A DNA stretch of 64,000 nucleotides from Octopus sinensis (GCF_006345805.1 NC_042998.1:14942001-15006000); one strand, 5' to 3'. Positions 50,306 to 63,130 are shown, numbered from the stretch's first letter. The notes: generated from the sequence alone by a model not told the origin. Program-made: numbers and translations.

Positions 50306-50554
50306 ATTTATGCATGTTGTTGCTCAGAGTTTCACTAACATCAGTTACTCGTAAGATCGATTAGACATTATATGCTGAATTATTGAAGATTTGCCAGCAA
50401 TGCAATAAATAGGATGCTTCACACGCCTCACAATGACTCACTTTGTCAAATATGTTCAAAATATTGCTAACTGGTCTGCAGTTGTGTAAGAGAAGCCGCC
50501 ATGTTCAGAACAGTACTCACCAAGAAACAACAATTGTACGAGGTTGTTAGATTT

Positions 50555-50587
<33 letters not shown>

Positions 50588-50869
50588 ATATATATCTTCT
50601 TGAATATTGAGGTTCGAAGATGGTGTGCAAGAAAAATTTGCTCTGATGACGTTAATAAAAATGAAGTCTAAAATATTTATTTGCGTGATATTGCTGGGTT
50701 GCTGGAATATTTAAGTTACGTAATGGCAAAAATTTCAGGATTCATGATGCTCTATTTCACTGGCGGGTGTTGTAGCTTCTATAAAAGTCTACGATTAGCG
50801 TCTGCAGTCAATTAAAAGCTTTACAAGAATAATATAATAACACGGGAATTCCACTTTTACTTAAGAAGT

Positions 50870-51230
50870 TTCATGACCCTGTAATCAAGTTCGCGATTTC
50901 TTGGTATAATTCATTCTAGTCACTCACAGCCTATCGGATTGTACAGAGATGACGGATTAGAAATTTCATATAATTTTATAATATGAATGGTGACATCATG
51001 GGCAGGTTTAGAAAAGATTTAATTGAAATATTTAAGTTTTGATTTGAATATAATTCTTATCACTAATTTACCTATAACAAACTTCTTAAATTTAACGGCA
51101 TAGTTGAAAGTTGGCTCCCAACATATTTACAAAAAGCCAAACGACCAAATGTGAACGCCATTCATATACATAAAAATGTCAACTGTCCCTCATACATAAG
51201 CCTGCTTCAGGCGGAATAAACTGGAGTCGT
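50870..51230 (+). mobile_element. Penelope-like reverse transcriptase fragment
   Basis: GLYRDDGL at 50936, then GRFRKDLIEIFK, DLNIILITNLPITNFLNLT and IYKKPND..PFIYI. Decayed. Confidence 0.7.
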
Positions 51231-52117
51231 AATTTATTCTAGGTGCAATCTAGAATGACTAAGAATATGAAACTAATGTCTACTTGCCATATAAATATCA
51301 GTAAGTAGATTCCAAGTTATTTTCTAAGATAATTTAACACATTATTCATTGAAAATAGGTCATACAGTTCACGGGCCCAAATGGACAGTCTAGTATATTG
51401 ATAAATTGTCTTAAGTTTTGAATAGCAAGGCAAAGAATAGGCTTTAAATGACAATGAAAGTTAGTAGTAGGCTTGACACATATCGTCCTTGTTAGAAGAT
51501 ATAGTATATATTAACTCGCCAATGGCAAGTAGAAGAAGAATATCAATGTTGATAATAGTAGACAAATCAATGACAAGACGTATTTAAATGTTTGTTTTTT
51601 GTTATTAGGACTTGGAATCTCTACGGTCAGTGATTGGGTTCTGTGAGGCATCCTTGAAGATTTAACTAATTTATGGTTTATGAATTGGCTATCGTTTTCA
51701 GTCTACATTTAGGTAGGCTTAGCAATTGGCTTTCAGTTCGGTTTTAAATTAATGTAAAACAATCAAAATTCGACGTCAGTCGAAGGACTTGTGATCCATT
51801 AAAATGAAGTGTCACATAAGAATACAGGAATACGAATCTCAGACCCAGTATTAAATCGGAGCAAATGATGGACAGTTTATGCAATTTTTTCTGCATGCCT
51901 AATATTAGCTTTGCATATGCCCATAATTAGGGATCTTATAAGTGAAGTGCTGTTACAATACTTGCATCTGAATAGTTTAATGATTAAAACAGTCTTCTTA
52001 GCATAAACTAGGCTGGAAAACGATCGTCAGTGCTTCCTCAGTTAACTACATCCTAGTTGACTTTTAATCACACTATCAGTGCTGTTTCAAAGCAAGATTA
52101 ACAAACTCAAAGAAAGT

Positions 52118-52271
52118 AATATTATATACAGAACGTATATAAACTATCTCTACAATTTGAAAAATTTAGAAAACTTTAAGTGGAAAACATAGGCAATATT
52201 ATATACAGAGTGTATATAAACTATCTCTACAATTTGAAAAATTTAGAAAACTATAAGTGGAAAACATAGGC
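52118..52271. repeat. 77-bp direct tandem duplication
   Basis: AATATTATATACAGA...GGAAAACATAGGC occurs twice. Confidence 0.9.
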
Positions 52272-53340
52272 AAACAAAATTTTATTAGTCACTCGAGAAC
52301 ACTTCTACGTGAGACCTATTTGTTGCAAGTAAACTGCTGAGTTATCATTAGTTATCTTTTCTGAACTTTTCAAAGTGCAAAGGTCATTTCTGAACACCAT
52401 GCACTTGTTACGGAGTTTACATTAACGTCCTGTGTGCTTAGTGTGTAATTCACACATTCTAACAAAATAACCTCATTTTTCTCACTCATGTAATATACGC
52501 CATGGGCATTTCTAATCTGTGATTTATAACGGCCATACATATAACACCACCTCATGGAAAAAAGGTGGAAAATTGCAAATCGCTGTTGAAATTGATTCAC
52601 GCTTCATGTCCAATTCTGAAATTTTGGGGTAGAAGGCTGGTCGATATCACCGACACCAGAACTCAATTGATATTTATTTTATCAAGCCGGAAAAGATGAA
52701 ACGCACTGTCGACCTCGGGGTAGTTTGAATTCAGAATGTAAAGACCGACTAAACACTACTAAGCATTTTGCCTGGCGTGCCAGCGAGTCTGCCATTTCGT
52801 TGCCTTAGCTTGTTCATAATAACGGTTTCAGAAGGTCAGCAATTCCGGGAAGGGAATTACATCGACCCCGATATCTAACTGGTACGTATTTTATCGATCT
52901 AAAAATGGATGGAAGGCAAAGGCGGCCTATGTGGAATTTGAACACAGAACGTAAAAACAGATGAAATGTCGCTAAGCCTTTTACAAGACGTACAAATGAT
53001 TCTGCCTGCTCACCTTCGTTTCTTCTTCATTAATAATAGTAGCAATATTTACAAACACATCCTGGTTTTGAACGCTTTATGCAGCGCAAAGTTCATAGTT
53101 TAACCTAATGAATTAATGTTTTGAAATCTAGTCATTTTGTCAAGTAGTCTCAGTTTTGTTTCTGCTTACAAGGGCGCAAAGACAAAAATACTTGTCGAAT
53201 TTATGTCAAATCTTCAAAATCTGCCGGGAGTAATTCCAAGTGTTCAAGAAATTGATCTACAGATATATTTCGCTTCTATTTTGTACCATTGCTAAACTGG
53301 TAGCAGACAAAAATAAAAAAAGAACAAACGAAAAAGAGTT

Positions 53341-53766
53341 ACTCTCTACTCTTTACTCTTTACTCTTTTTCTTGTTTCAGTCATTTGACTGCGGCCATGC
53401 TGGTGCACCGCCTTTAGTCGAGCAACTCGACTCCGGGACTTATTCTTTTTTGTAAGCCCAGTACTTATTCTATTGGTCTCTTTTGCTGAACCGCTAAGTA
53501 ACGGGGACATAAACACACCAGCATCGGTTGTCAAGCAATGCTAGGGGGACAAACACAGACACACAAACACACACACACATATAATATATATATACCTATA
53601 TACGACAGGCTTCTTTCAGTTTCCGTCTACCAAATCCACTCACAAGGCATTGGTCGGCCCGGGGCTATAGCAGAAGACACTTGCCCAAGATGCCACGCAG
53701 TGGGACTGAACCCGGAACCATATGGTTGGTTAGCAAGCTGCTTACCACACAGCCACTCCTGCGCCT
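53341..53766 (-). mobile_element. SINE family A at the duplication junction
   Basis: Full-length reverse-complement copy. Confidence 0.92.
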
Positions 53767-54059
53767 GTTTCAGATTTTGGAATAAGGTCAGCAATTCCGG
53801 GAAGGGAATTACATCGACCCCGATATCTAACTGGTACGTATTTTATCGATCTAAAAATGGATGGAAGGCAAAAGCGGCCTATGTGGAATTTGAACACAGA
53901 ACGTAAAAACAGATGAAATGTCGCTAAGCCTTTTACAAGACGTACAAATGATTCTGCCTGCTCACGTTCGTTTCTTCTTCATTAATAATAGTAGCAATAT
54001 TTACAAACACATCCTGGTTTTAAACACTTTATGCAGCGCAAAGTTCATAGTTTAACCTA

Positions 54060-54485
54060 AGGCGTAGAAGTGGCTGTGTGGTAAGTAGCTTGTTTACCAA
54101 CCACATGGTTCCGGGTTCAGTCCCACTGCGTGGCACTTTGGGCAGCTGTCTTCTACTATAGCTTCGGGCCGACCAAAGCCTTGTGAGTGGATTTGGTAGA
54201 CGGAAACTGAAAGAAGCCCGTCGTATATATGTATATATATGTATGTGTGTGTGTGTGTGTATATGTTTGTGTGTCTGTGTTTGTCCCCCCAACATCGCTT
54301 GACAACCAATGCTGGTGTGTTTACGTCCCCGTAACTTAGCGGTTCGGCAAAAGAGACCGATAGAATAAGTACTGGGCTTACAAAAGAATAAGTCCCGGGG
54401 TCGAGTTGCTCGACTAAAAGGTGGTGCTCCAGCATGGCCGCAGTCAAATGACTGAAACAAGTAAAAGAGTAAAAGAGTAAAAGAA
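54060..54485 (+). mobile_element. SINE family A inserted in duplication copy 2
   Basis: The empty site CCTAATGAATT is present in copy 1. Short TAA duplication. Confidence 0.92.
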
Positions 54486-54744
54486 TAATGAATTAATGTT
54501 TTGATATCTAGTCATTTTGTCAAGTAGTTTCAGTTTTTTTTTCTGCTTAAAAGGGCGAAAAGACAAAAATACTTGTCGAATTTATGTAAAGTCTTCAAAA
54601 TCTGCTGAGAGTAATTCCAAGGCTTCAAGAAATTGATTTACAGATATATTTCGCTTCTATTCTGTACCATTGCTAAACTGGTAGCAGACAAAAATTAAAA
54701 AAAAACAAACGAAAAAGAGTTGGGGAGAAAATAATTACTTCACT

Positions 54745-54927
54745 TTAACCCATTAACGTCCATGGTCCCTTTTTTAGGACTGGAAGGATAATCCATGATA
54801 TATCTGCAATACCAGTATTTTTCTGAGATATCTTCAGTTAGTAATCAAGACTGGAGTGTCTTTCAAATATTGTAATAAAAATGTTTGGTAATAAATAAAA
54901 TTAAAAATTTGGGCACTAATGGGTTAA
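54745..54927. mobile_element. piggyBac-like MITE
   Basis: TTAA-CCCATTA ... TAATGGG-TTAA ends. Confidence 0.6.
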
Positions 54928-55107
54928 TGACGATGTTTTTTAGGCAATTAAACTGATGAATAATTTTAAAAGTTAGAGCATTCGAGAGAAATATGAGCAG
55001 AATACGTTTCGAATCTCTATACTCTGATTTCAAATCTTACTATCTTCAACTTTATATGCATATACGTATATATAAATACACACACTTTTCAATATAAATT
55101 TGTATAG

Positions 55108-55356
55108 TAACATAAGGGACTAAAGCCATCTGAATATGGCTAGGGACAGGGCAGGGTGGTGGGGGTGTTACTGTTGCATTTAGCCCCAGGCGAACATCGA
55201 CGTCGCCAGATAGGCTTGACACCATCACGGTGTCCTTTAACCTGCCAAGCCTATCTGGCGACGTCGATGTTCGCCTGGGGCTAAATGCAACAGTAACACC
55301 CCCACCACCCTGCCCTGTCCCTAGCCATATTCAGATGGCTTTAGTCCCTTATGTTA
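55108..55356. repeat. Perfect palindrome, 111-bp arms with 27-bp spacer
   Basis: 55108-55218 is the exact reverse complement of 55246-55356. Confidence 0.97.
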
Positions 55357-55477
55357 TCGAGCAGTTACTGTCTATATCTCTTTTAGAGAATTATTATTTG
55401 TATAGTAATTTTACATATATAAATATCTTATAATCTTACCATCTGATAATCTTACCATCACGCATCACAGAACAGTA

Positions 55478-55519
<42 letters not shown>

Positions 55520-55722
55520 TCTTTTGAAGACTGTGCTTATAAATATATATATTATATATATTACTGTGAAAATAATAAGGGTAGAAAAGTTAGAAAAATA
55601 TTCATACCGGTGGTTAGCATGCGTAATAAAGTCAATAGACAACATATTTTCACATATAATAATGTACAAACAATTTACGTATTTATACACGAAAGAGGTG
55701 ACCTTTACTGGGATACCTTACA

Positions 55723-55754
<32 letters not shown>

Positions 55755-55772
55755 CAGATATATATATATTTG

Positions 55773-55939
55773 CAGCGTGGAAGGTGTTTGTAAGCCATTT
55801 AAGAAACAAGGATTTTTGTCAGTGAACAGGTCGCGGATTTTAGCGACGAAAATATTTTGACAAATTAAACTTAAATGTTGAAGTGAATCGAACGGCTTTT
55901 GTGTGTTTCTTAAATGGCTTACAAACACCTTCCACGCTG
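55773..55939. mobile_element. Tc1/mariner-type MITE with 36-bp perfect TIRs
   Basis: CAGCGTGGAAGGTGTTTGTAAGCCATTTAAGAAACA (55773-55808) and its reverse complement at 55904-55939. TA on the right, TG on the left. Confidence 0.82.
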
Positions 55940-56012
55940 TAATTGTTTTCGTTTCAGCACACGATCTCAGATCAAATTACTTGCTATGCGAGTACATCTC
56001 CGTAATATATAC

Positions 56013-56048
<36 letters not shown>

Positions 56049-56419
56049 CAATTATATCTATTTATTTCCTCATCGTATTTATCGCTGATGACGAGAAAAT
56101 TCTAAATGAATTAACTCAGAAATTGGAACCGATCCGGTAATAACGAAATTTTTTTAGAAATTTCTATCGGCTTGCTTTCGAGTATGTGCTTATAGTGATA
56201 AATTATATAGTGAATTACTAACCTGTCTTTCTGACATTCTGTCTTGTGTGTAGCTATTTAACACAACAAAGCTCATACAAAGCTTTACATTTTACTTTTG
56301 ACAATCTTTTTCTAAAGAAGTGAAACCAGTCAAGTGAATAAGCATATTTAAAATTGCATTTTCAAACCTTCTTTCATATATATTTTCACTCGTGCGGTAC
56401 CTTACAATTTTACTTTGTT

Positions 56420-56451
<32 letters not shown>

Positions 56452-56489
56452 TTCACATACATACACACACACGGACACACACACACGCA

Positions 56490-56525
<36 letters not shown>

Positions 56526-56564
56526 TATATGTATATATATATATGTATATACATGTATATGCAA

Positions 56565-57240
56565 TCCTTACATCAGTGCAGGACCTGGGTATCGACATGA
56601 GTGATGATACCTCTTTCCAAGTGCACTTTACCAGGATGGCCTCAGCTGCCTGGATTACTGCTCCCAGCTATGGTCTCCTCACAGTGTAAAATTAACAGCG
56701 GACCTTGAATCAATCCAGCGAAGCTTCACAAAGAAGATCGTCTCATTGCAACAGCTCAACTACTGGGGTAAGCTGAAACAGCTAAGACTCTACTTCCTGG
56801 AGTGAAGGTGGGGGAGATATGCAGTAATATACATCTGGAAGATCCTGGAAGGGGATGTACCAAATTTTGGCATTGAAAACTACACAAATGCCGGGTCACC
56901 ATTTCACAGTGTCAAAGATCCCAGCATATACCATTGTGCTTCAGGAGATCAATTACTGCAACAGCCTGGGTTCCAGGGGCCCTCAGCTTCTTAATATTCT
57001 CCCAAAGAGCCTGAGAGAACTACACAGAGTAGATGTAGGTGTTTTCAAATCAAAACTGGATCTCTTCCTGTCGAGAGTCCAAGATGAACCTATCTCGAGG
57101 CAGGAGGTGCAAATGAGGGTAGCGATATCGAACTCCCTTATTCACCAAATGCTACACAATAATGCTATCAATAATAACTGTGTATCAAAACGCGGTGCCC
57201 CAGCATGACCACATCTTTCAGCTGAAACTGATGAAAATAA
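56565..57240 (+). mobile_element. Decayed CR1/L2-like LINE 3' fragment
   Basis: VQDLGIDMSDD..., IQRSFTKKI...LNYWGKLKQLRLY..., NSLGSRGPQLLNILPKSLR...FKSKLDLFLSRVQDEP. Confidence 0.75.
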
Positions 57241-57353
57241 ATATGTACACATATAAACTTATATTGATACATATGTTAAGAAATTTATACATATAATGCA
57301 ATATATATATGCAATATATATGCAATATATATATGCATATATATGCAATATAT

Positions 57354-57768
57354 AGGCGCAGGAGTGGCTGTGTGGTAGGTAGCTTGCTAACCAACCACAT
57401 GGTTCCGGGTTCAGTCCCACTGCGTGGCATCTTGGGCAAGTGTCTTCTGCTATAGCCCCGGGCCGACCAATGCCTTGTGAGTGGATTTGGTAGACGGAAA
57501 CTGAAAGAAGCCTGTCGTATATATGTATATATGTATGTGTGTGTATGTTCGTGTGTCTGTGTTTGTCCCCCTAGCATTGCTTGACAACCGATGCTGGTGT
57601 GTTTATGTCCCCGTCACTTAGCGGTTCGGCAAAAGAGACCGATAGAATAAGTACTGGGCTTACAAAGAATAAGTCCTGGGGATCGATTTGCTCGACTAAA
57701 GGCGGTGCTCCAGCATGGCCGCAGTCAAATGACTGAAACAAGTAAAAGAGTAAAAGAGTAAAAGAGTA
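57354..57768 (+). mobile_element. SINE family A, full length
   Basis: A box TGGCTGTGTGGT, B box GGTTCAGTCCC, CORE-like CTTGGGCAAGTGTCTT, (GTAAAAGA)n tail. Confidence 0.93.
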
Positions 57769-58073
57769 TACTAGATGTGGCTTTTATATCCAATTTTAAA
57801 AATTTTATTTGGCCTTTCAAGAAATCAACGTATTAATCTACACCACAATTATTTAACTAGAAAATTTACACCCCACCCCCCTTCATTTCCCCCTCCACAC
57901 TCCTTTCATTCTTTTATCTTTCTTTTTTGTTTCTTCGTTTCGTCATCTTTACCAATGTTTTCTTCATCATCTTCCATCTTTTATTGAAGAAATGAAAGAA
58001 ATTCTCCCTTAGTCTCCAAACAATATTCGATATTGATGTTGTTTGATGTTTTACACAAACACACTCAAATATA

Positions 58074-58138
<65 letters not shown>

Positions 58139-58153
58139 ATGTGTGTGTGTATG

Positions 58154-58184
<31 letters not shown>

Positions 58185-59060
58185 GTATATATATGTATCT
58201 ATATATATATATCTTTATATACAGGTACACACGCGCACACACATGCGTATTATAATAGATAGATCGATAGATAGTGTATGCGTGCGTTTATATGAATATA
58301 TATATGCATATATATATGTATGTATATATATATATCGATCTGTGTATATATGTTTATATATATATATATATATATATATGAAAACATATGAAGTTGAAGC
58401 TCAATGAAAAATATTATATAAAGACACACATATATGTAGAGGTTTTTATTAAGTTTTGAATAAGATGTGGTCTTTGTTGTTGTTTTTATTTCTTGTTTTA
58501 TTTAGAAGCTTTATTATTTCATGACAGAGTTCTCTACTTTTTACATTAATTTGATTATGTATTTATCTCTGTACACCACTAGAAAAAAATATGGCGAGAG
58601 TCACTGGAGATGCTCTGCGGAAGTCAAAATTTATGTTATGGCAGATCTGACACAAAATCCTCTAGGGAATTAAAAGTGAAAAAAATTGCCTGAGAGAAGC
58701 TACAACGACTGACGGATAGATTATAATAAAATCTCGTCGAAGATGACAAAATTTCTCAGGTTTGGTGTGGAAGTAGCTGAGAGGGTGATAGTGACTTATC
58801 TTTAAATCTTATCTAGGATCGATTCATTCATATATCGTTTTATTTAAAAACTTTGATGTTGCGATTGTTTCCTATTGCTTTTTGTTATTATTTTTGTTGA
58901 GCGAACTCGCTCGCTCTCAACAAGTTGTGGTTATAAATTCGGTTAAATAGCATCGTCGTGTTGCGAGTGATTCTATTTGTAAGCGAGAGTATCTGGGGCA
59001 AGTGAATTGTAATATTAAAGACTGTGAAAGCAAAACTGGTGTGAATTGCATTTAGTAATT

Positions 59061-59779
59061 ACTTGTACCTCCTCATGGTCAACTGTACATCATGGTCAAC
59101 GTGTACCTTCTCATGGTCAACGTGTATCTCCTCATGATCAACTGTACCTCATGGTCAACGTGTACCTTCTCAAGGTCAACTGAACCTCATCATCAACTGT
59201 CCCTCAAAGTCAACGTGTACCTTCTTATGGTCGACTGTCCCTCAAGGTCAACTGTACTGCATGGTTAACTGTACCTCATGGTCAACTGTACCTCATGGTT
59301 AACGTGTATCTCCTCATGGTCAATTGTACCTCAAGGTCAATTGTACCTCATGGTCAACGTGTACCTTCTCAAGGTCAACTGTACCTCATCATCAACTGTC
59401 CCTCAAGGTCAACGTGTACCTTCTCATGGTCGACTGTCCCTCAAGGTCAACTGTACCGCATGGTTAACAGTACCTCATGGTCAACCGTACCTCATGGTCA
59501 ACTGTACCGCATGGTCAACGTGTATCTCCTCATGGTCAACTGTACCTCATGGTCAACGTGTACCTTCTCAAGGTCAACTGTACCTCATCATCAACTGTAC
59601 CGCATGGTTAACTGTACCTCGTGGTCAACGTGTATCTTTTCATGATCAACTGTATCTCATGGTCAACGTGAACCTTCTCACAGTCAACTGTACCTCATGG
59701 TCAACTGTACCATATGGTCAACTTGTACCTCATGTTCAACTGTACCTCATGCTCAACTTGTACCTCCTCCTGGTCAACT
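59061..59779. repeat. Minisatellite of mixed 17-bp and 21-bp units
   Basis: AACTGTACCTCATGGTC and AACGTGTACCTTCTCATGGTC variants in recurring order. Confidence 0.93.
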
Positions 59780-59979
59780 AAATGTCCAGGAAACAGTTGA
59801 TAAGTGGTAAAAAAGTTTTGTGAGATTAACAATATGCAATGCTATGCGCATTCAGTTTGATACAACGACAAGCATTGTATTAAGAAGGAAATCGTTTCTC
59901 CGCAATAAAATAATTTCATTAATCGTGAAGACTGCTAAAAGACGGAAAATCTAGAAAATATTAATTCTTAACCAGTTAA

Positions 59980-60220
59980 GCGCAGGCGTAACTGTGTGGC
60001 AAGAAGTTTGATTCTCAGCCTCATGTTTCGGGGTTCAGTCCCGTTACGTGGCATCTTGGACTAGTGTCTTCTACTATAGCCTCGAGCCCCCTAAAGACTT
60101 ATAAGTAGATTTGGTAGACTGAAACTGAAAGAATTTCGTCGTATATATATCTGTGTGTGTGTGTGTTTGTGTGTGTGTTTGTGCGTGTGTGTGTGTGTGC
60201 TTGTTTCCCACTACTGCTTA
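59980..60220 (+). mobile_element. Diverged family A 5' half
   Basis: GCGCAGGCGTAACTGTGTGG...GGTTCAGTCCC...CATCTTGGAC. Confidence 0.65.
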
Positions 60221-60428
60221 ATTCTCATAAAGATTTTATCCTATTTTTAAATTGTGTATATCCATTTGTATATACATTTGTTTTTTTCGTTGTTCGCAAA
60301 AAGAGTTCGTATTTCATATTTTCGTATTCGTATTTCATATTGTTTACGTTTTATGACGTCCTGTACCCAAATATGCATATGTATATTCATAAGTATGTAC
60401 ATATATATATATGCAATATATTATATAT

Positions 60429-60477
<49 letters not shown>

Positions 60478-60639
60478 TATATTATATCATATTATATATA
60501 ATATATATATGTAGTGACAATTTATAAATACAAAGAAATGACTGTAAAATGCTGAGCTAATCCCAGCGTACCATAGTAGTTTTCTCTCCGTAACTTACAA
60601 AGCCTTCTGCGTTTGTTTACAAATATTATATATATATAT

Positions 60640-60904
60640 GAGTGTGTCGCTAGAAGCTGGGATCACCAAGCGTAGATTGGCATATTTCGGTCATATTATG
60701 CGGAGAGAATCCCTGGAGAAGGACATCATGCTCGGAATGGTCAGTGGCAAGAGAGGAAGAGGCCGACCAAGAACCTGCTGGCTTGACACCATCAGGAGTG
60801 ATACCGGAATGGACATGGCCAGTCCGAAGGAAGCGGCCCAGGATAGAACTGACTGGAGGACACTGATCCAATGAGTGACCGAGAGTCGACTTCGACTGAG
60901 CGGT

Positions 60905-60908
<4 letters not shown>
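60640..60908 (+). mobile_element. RTE-clade LINE 3' end in a (TA)n tract
   Basis: RRLAYFGHIMRRESLEKDIMLGMVSGKRGRGRPRTCWLD...AAQDRTDWR. Confidence 0.88.
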
Positions 60909-60948
<40 letters not shown>

Positions 60949-60972
60949 ATATAATATATAATATATATATTA

Positions 60973-61008
<36 letters not shown>

Positions 61009-61949
61009 TGTATGTATGTATGTATGTATGTATGCATGCATGTATATATGTATGCAAGCTTTTAATCATTTAAATTCTTCCCATGAAGAAGGAGTTAGTT
61101 TCTAACAAAGATAGAAATCTCCATTTTTGGAAAGTAGATAATGTAAACAATGTTTCGTTTTAAAGCTGGGAAAAGTTTTCACTGATTGTATTTGCAATGT
61201 GGGAATCACTTTTATTGTATGCATGTAGGTAGAAAGGTTGGTAGGTAGATATGTATTGCTATGTGCGACTGTTAAACATTTATGGCGGGCTATGTCAAAT
61301 AGTTTAAAACGTGACCAGATAAAAGCAAATATATGGCGAAACGAAAACGAACATAATTTCTTATATAAGAAAAAAAATATGCATGCATACACACCTACAC
61401 ACACAAGCATGTGTGTGTGTGTGTGTGTATGTGTGTTCGTGTCTGTGTGTGTGCGCATTGGTATAGCCACAAATTCATGCAGAAAAAAAAAATTCTGTGT
61501 GGCAAGACTATCACCATGGCGCAAACTCATAAACCAAAGGGAAATATAGCAAAAATGGAAAACTATGAGTTATATGACGTAACATGACACAAAATTTATT
61601 GGCGTAGTTGGCTTGAAGTCTTCACAACGAAGCCATTATTGATTGTTTAGAGACGTTGAAGGTGACACCTTATTTGGGGAATGTAGTTCGCGTCGTTCTT
61701 GGCGTTTTGCAATACATCAAGGCTTGTTCGAGCCGTTGAAGCCTTGACCATCATTTTGCTTCTGTTTTTGTTTGCTTTATGGGAGACTACAGTGGTCAGT
61801 GAATATCTTGTTTTATTTTTAGATAGTAGGATAGGATTTAAGGGCTGTTTGATTGAAGCTGCTTTTAGCAGTTGGAACGCCTGCGTGGAGTTTCTCTTCG
61901 CTAGCTCGAGAGTGAAGTGATGTGAGCAGAATATGTGGTTAGTCAATGG

Positions 61950-62345
61950 TAAGAGACAAAGAAGGAGAAGAAGAAGGGGAAAGAGGGAGAGAGAGAGAGA
62001 GAGAGAGAAAGAAAGAGAGAGATGAAGAGAAAGAGAGATGCGAAAAATAGATGAAGAGAAAGAGAGATGAAGAGAAAAATAGACGAAAAGAGAGAGAGAG
62101 AGAGAGACAAAGAATGAAAGAGAGAAAAAACGAAAGAGATGGGCAGAGATGCAGAGTGAGAGAGTGAGACAGGATAGAATGAAAAGCAGAGGGAGTGAGA
62201 GAGGCAGAGAAACATAGAAGCAGAAAGACTGAGAGGCAGAGAGAGAAAGAGAGAGACAGAGAAAGAGAGAGACAGAAAGAGAGAGATAAAGAGAGAGAAA
62301 GAGAGAGAGAGAAAGACAGAGTGGCAGAGAGACAGAAAGAGCAAT
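61950..62345. repeat. Degenerate (GA)n polypurine tract
   Basis: Direct reading. Confidence 0.9.
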
Positions 62346-62567
62346 GTATTGGCCAGAGCGGACTAATTCTGTGATTTTGTTAAAGCTTCATCATCTCCAC
62401 GAAGTTTCCAAAATCAAAATCGCAAAAAGATTGAGACGGAAGAACATTTAACTCTTTTGTTTGAAATTTCCTATCAGGAATTGATTCCAATTGGTAACGT
62501 TATTCCTGCATGAAGTTCAGAGCCTGTTTTACTAACTTAGCATTTCTGAACTGATGGAAAATGAAGT

Positions 62568-62954
62568 GGATGAAGCACTCCGTCTGTTACGACGATGAGG
62601 GTTCCGGTTGATCCGATCAACGGAACAGCCTGCTCGTGAAATTAACGCGTAAGTGGCTGAGCACTCCACAGACACGTGTACCCTTAACGTAGTTCTCGGG
62701 GAGATTCAGCGTGACACAGTGAGTGACAAGGCCGGCCCTTTGAAATACAGGTACAACAGAAACAGGAAGTAAGAGTGAGAGAAAGTTGTGGTGAAAGAGT
62801 ACAGCAGGGATCACCACCATCCCCTGCCGGAGCCTCGTGGAGCTTTTAGGTGTTTTCGCTCAATAAACACTCACAACACCCGGTCTGGGAATTGAAACCG
62901 CGATCCTACGACCGCGAGTCCGCTGCCCTAACCACTGGGCCATTGCGCCTCCAC
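62568..62954 (-). mobile_element. SINE family C, full length
   Basis: 13-bp TSD with one mismatch, TGGAAAA(T/C)GAAGT at 62555-62567 and 62956-62968. Confidence 0.92.
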
Positions 62955-63130
62955 TTGGAAAACGAAGTAGTATTTAAAACAAGGAATGGGCGATTTTTTT
63001 AGATTGAACATTGTTAAACTAACCGAAGCTGCAAGGTCGGGTAAAGACACTGTTTCTCGTTCTAAATATTCAAAAGAAACGTTAAAAAAGGAGAAAAATT
63101 ATAGAAAATATTTAAAAATTAACATAATAT

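Larger units (their letters stand above)
52825..54721. repeat. ~516-bp tandem duplication carrying two SINE insertions
   Basis: Copy 1 at 52825-53340. Copy 2 at 53767-54060 plus 54486-54721. Confidence 0.9.

Noticed and set aside
50640-50675. CTGATGA upstream of the Penelope RT fragment as a hammerhead
   Set aside because: It is followed by GAAG rather than GAAA and the stems cannot be formed. Kept only as context.
54800-54845. Minus-strand CTGAAGA...GAAA hammerhead-like pattern inside the piggyBac-like MITE
   Set aside because: No valid NUH triplet opposite A15.1, no stem II and no stem I.
56080-56150. CTGATGA...GAAA motif
   Set aside because: Stem II is long and poorly paired, and stems I and III are not convincing.
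59278-59781. 167-aa Cys/Trp-containing repetitive ORF
   Set aside because: It arises from the stop-poor 17/21-bp minisatellite, and overlapping frames are equally open.
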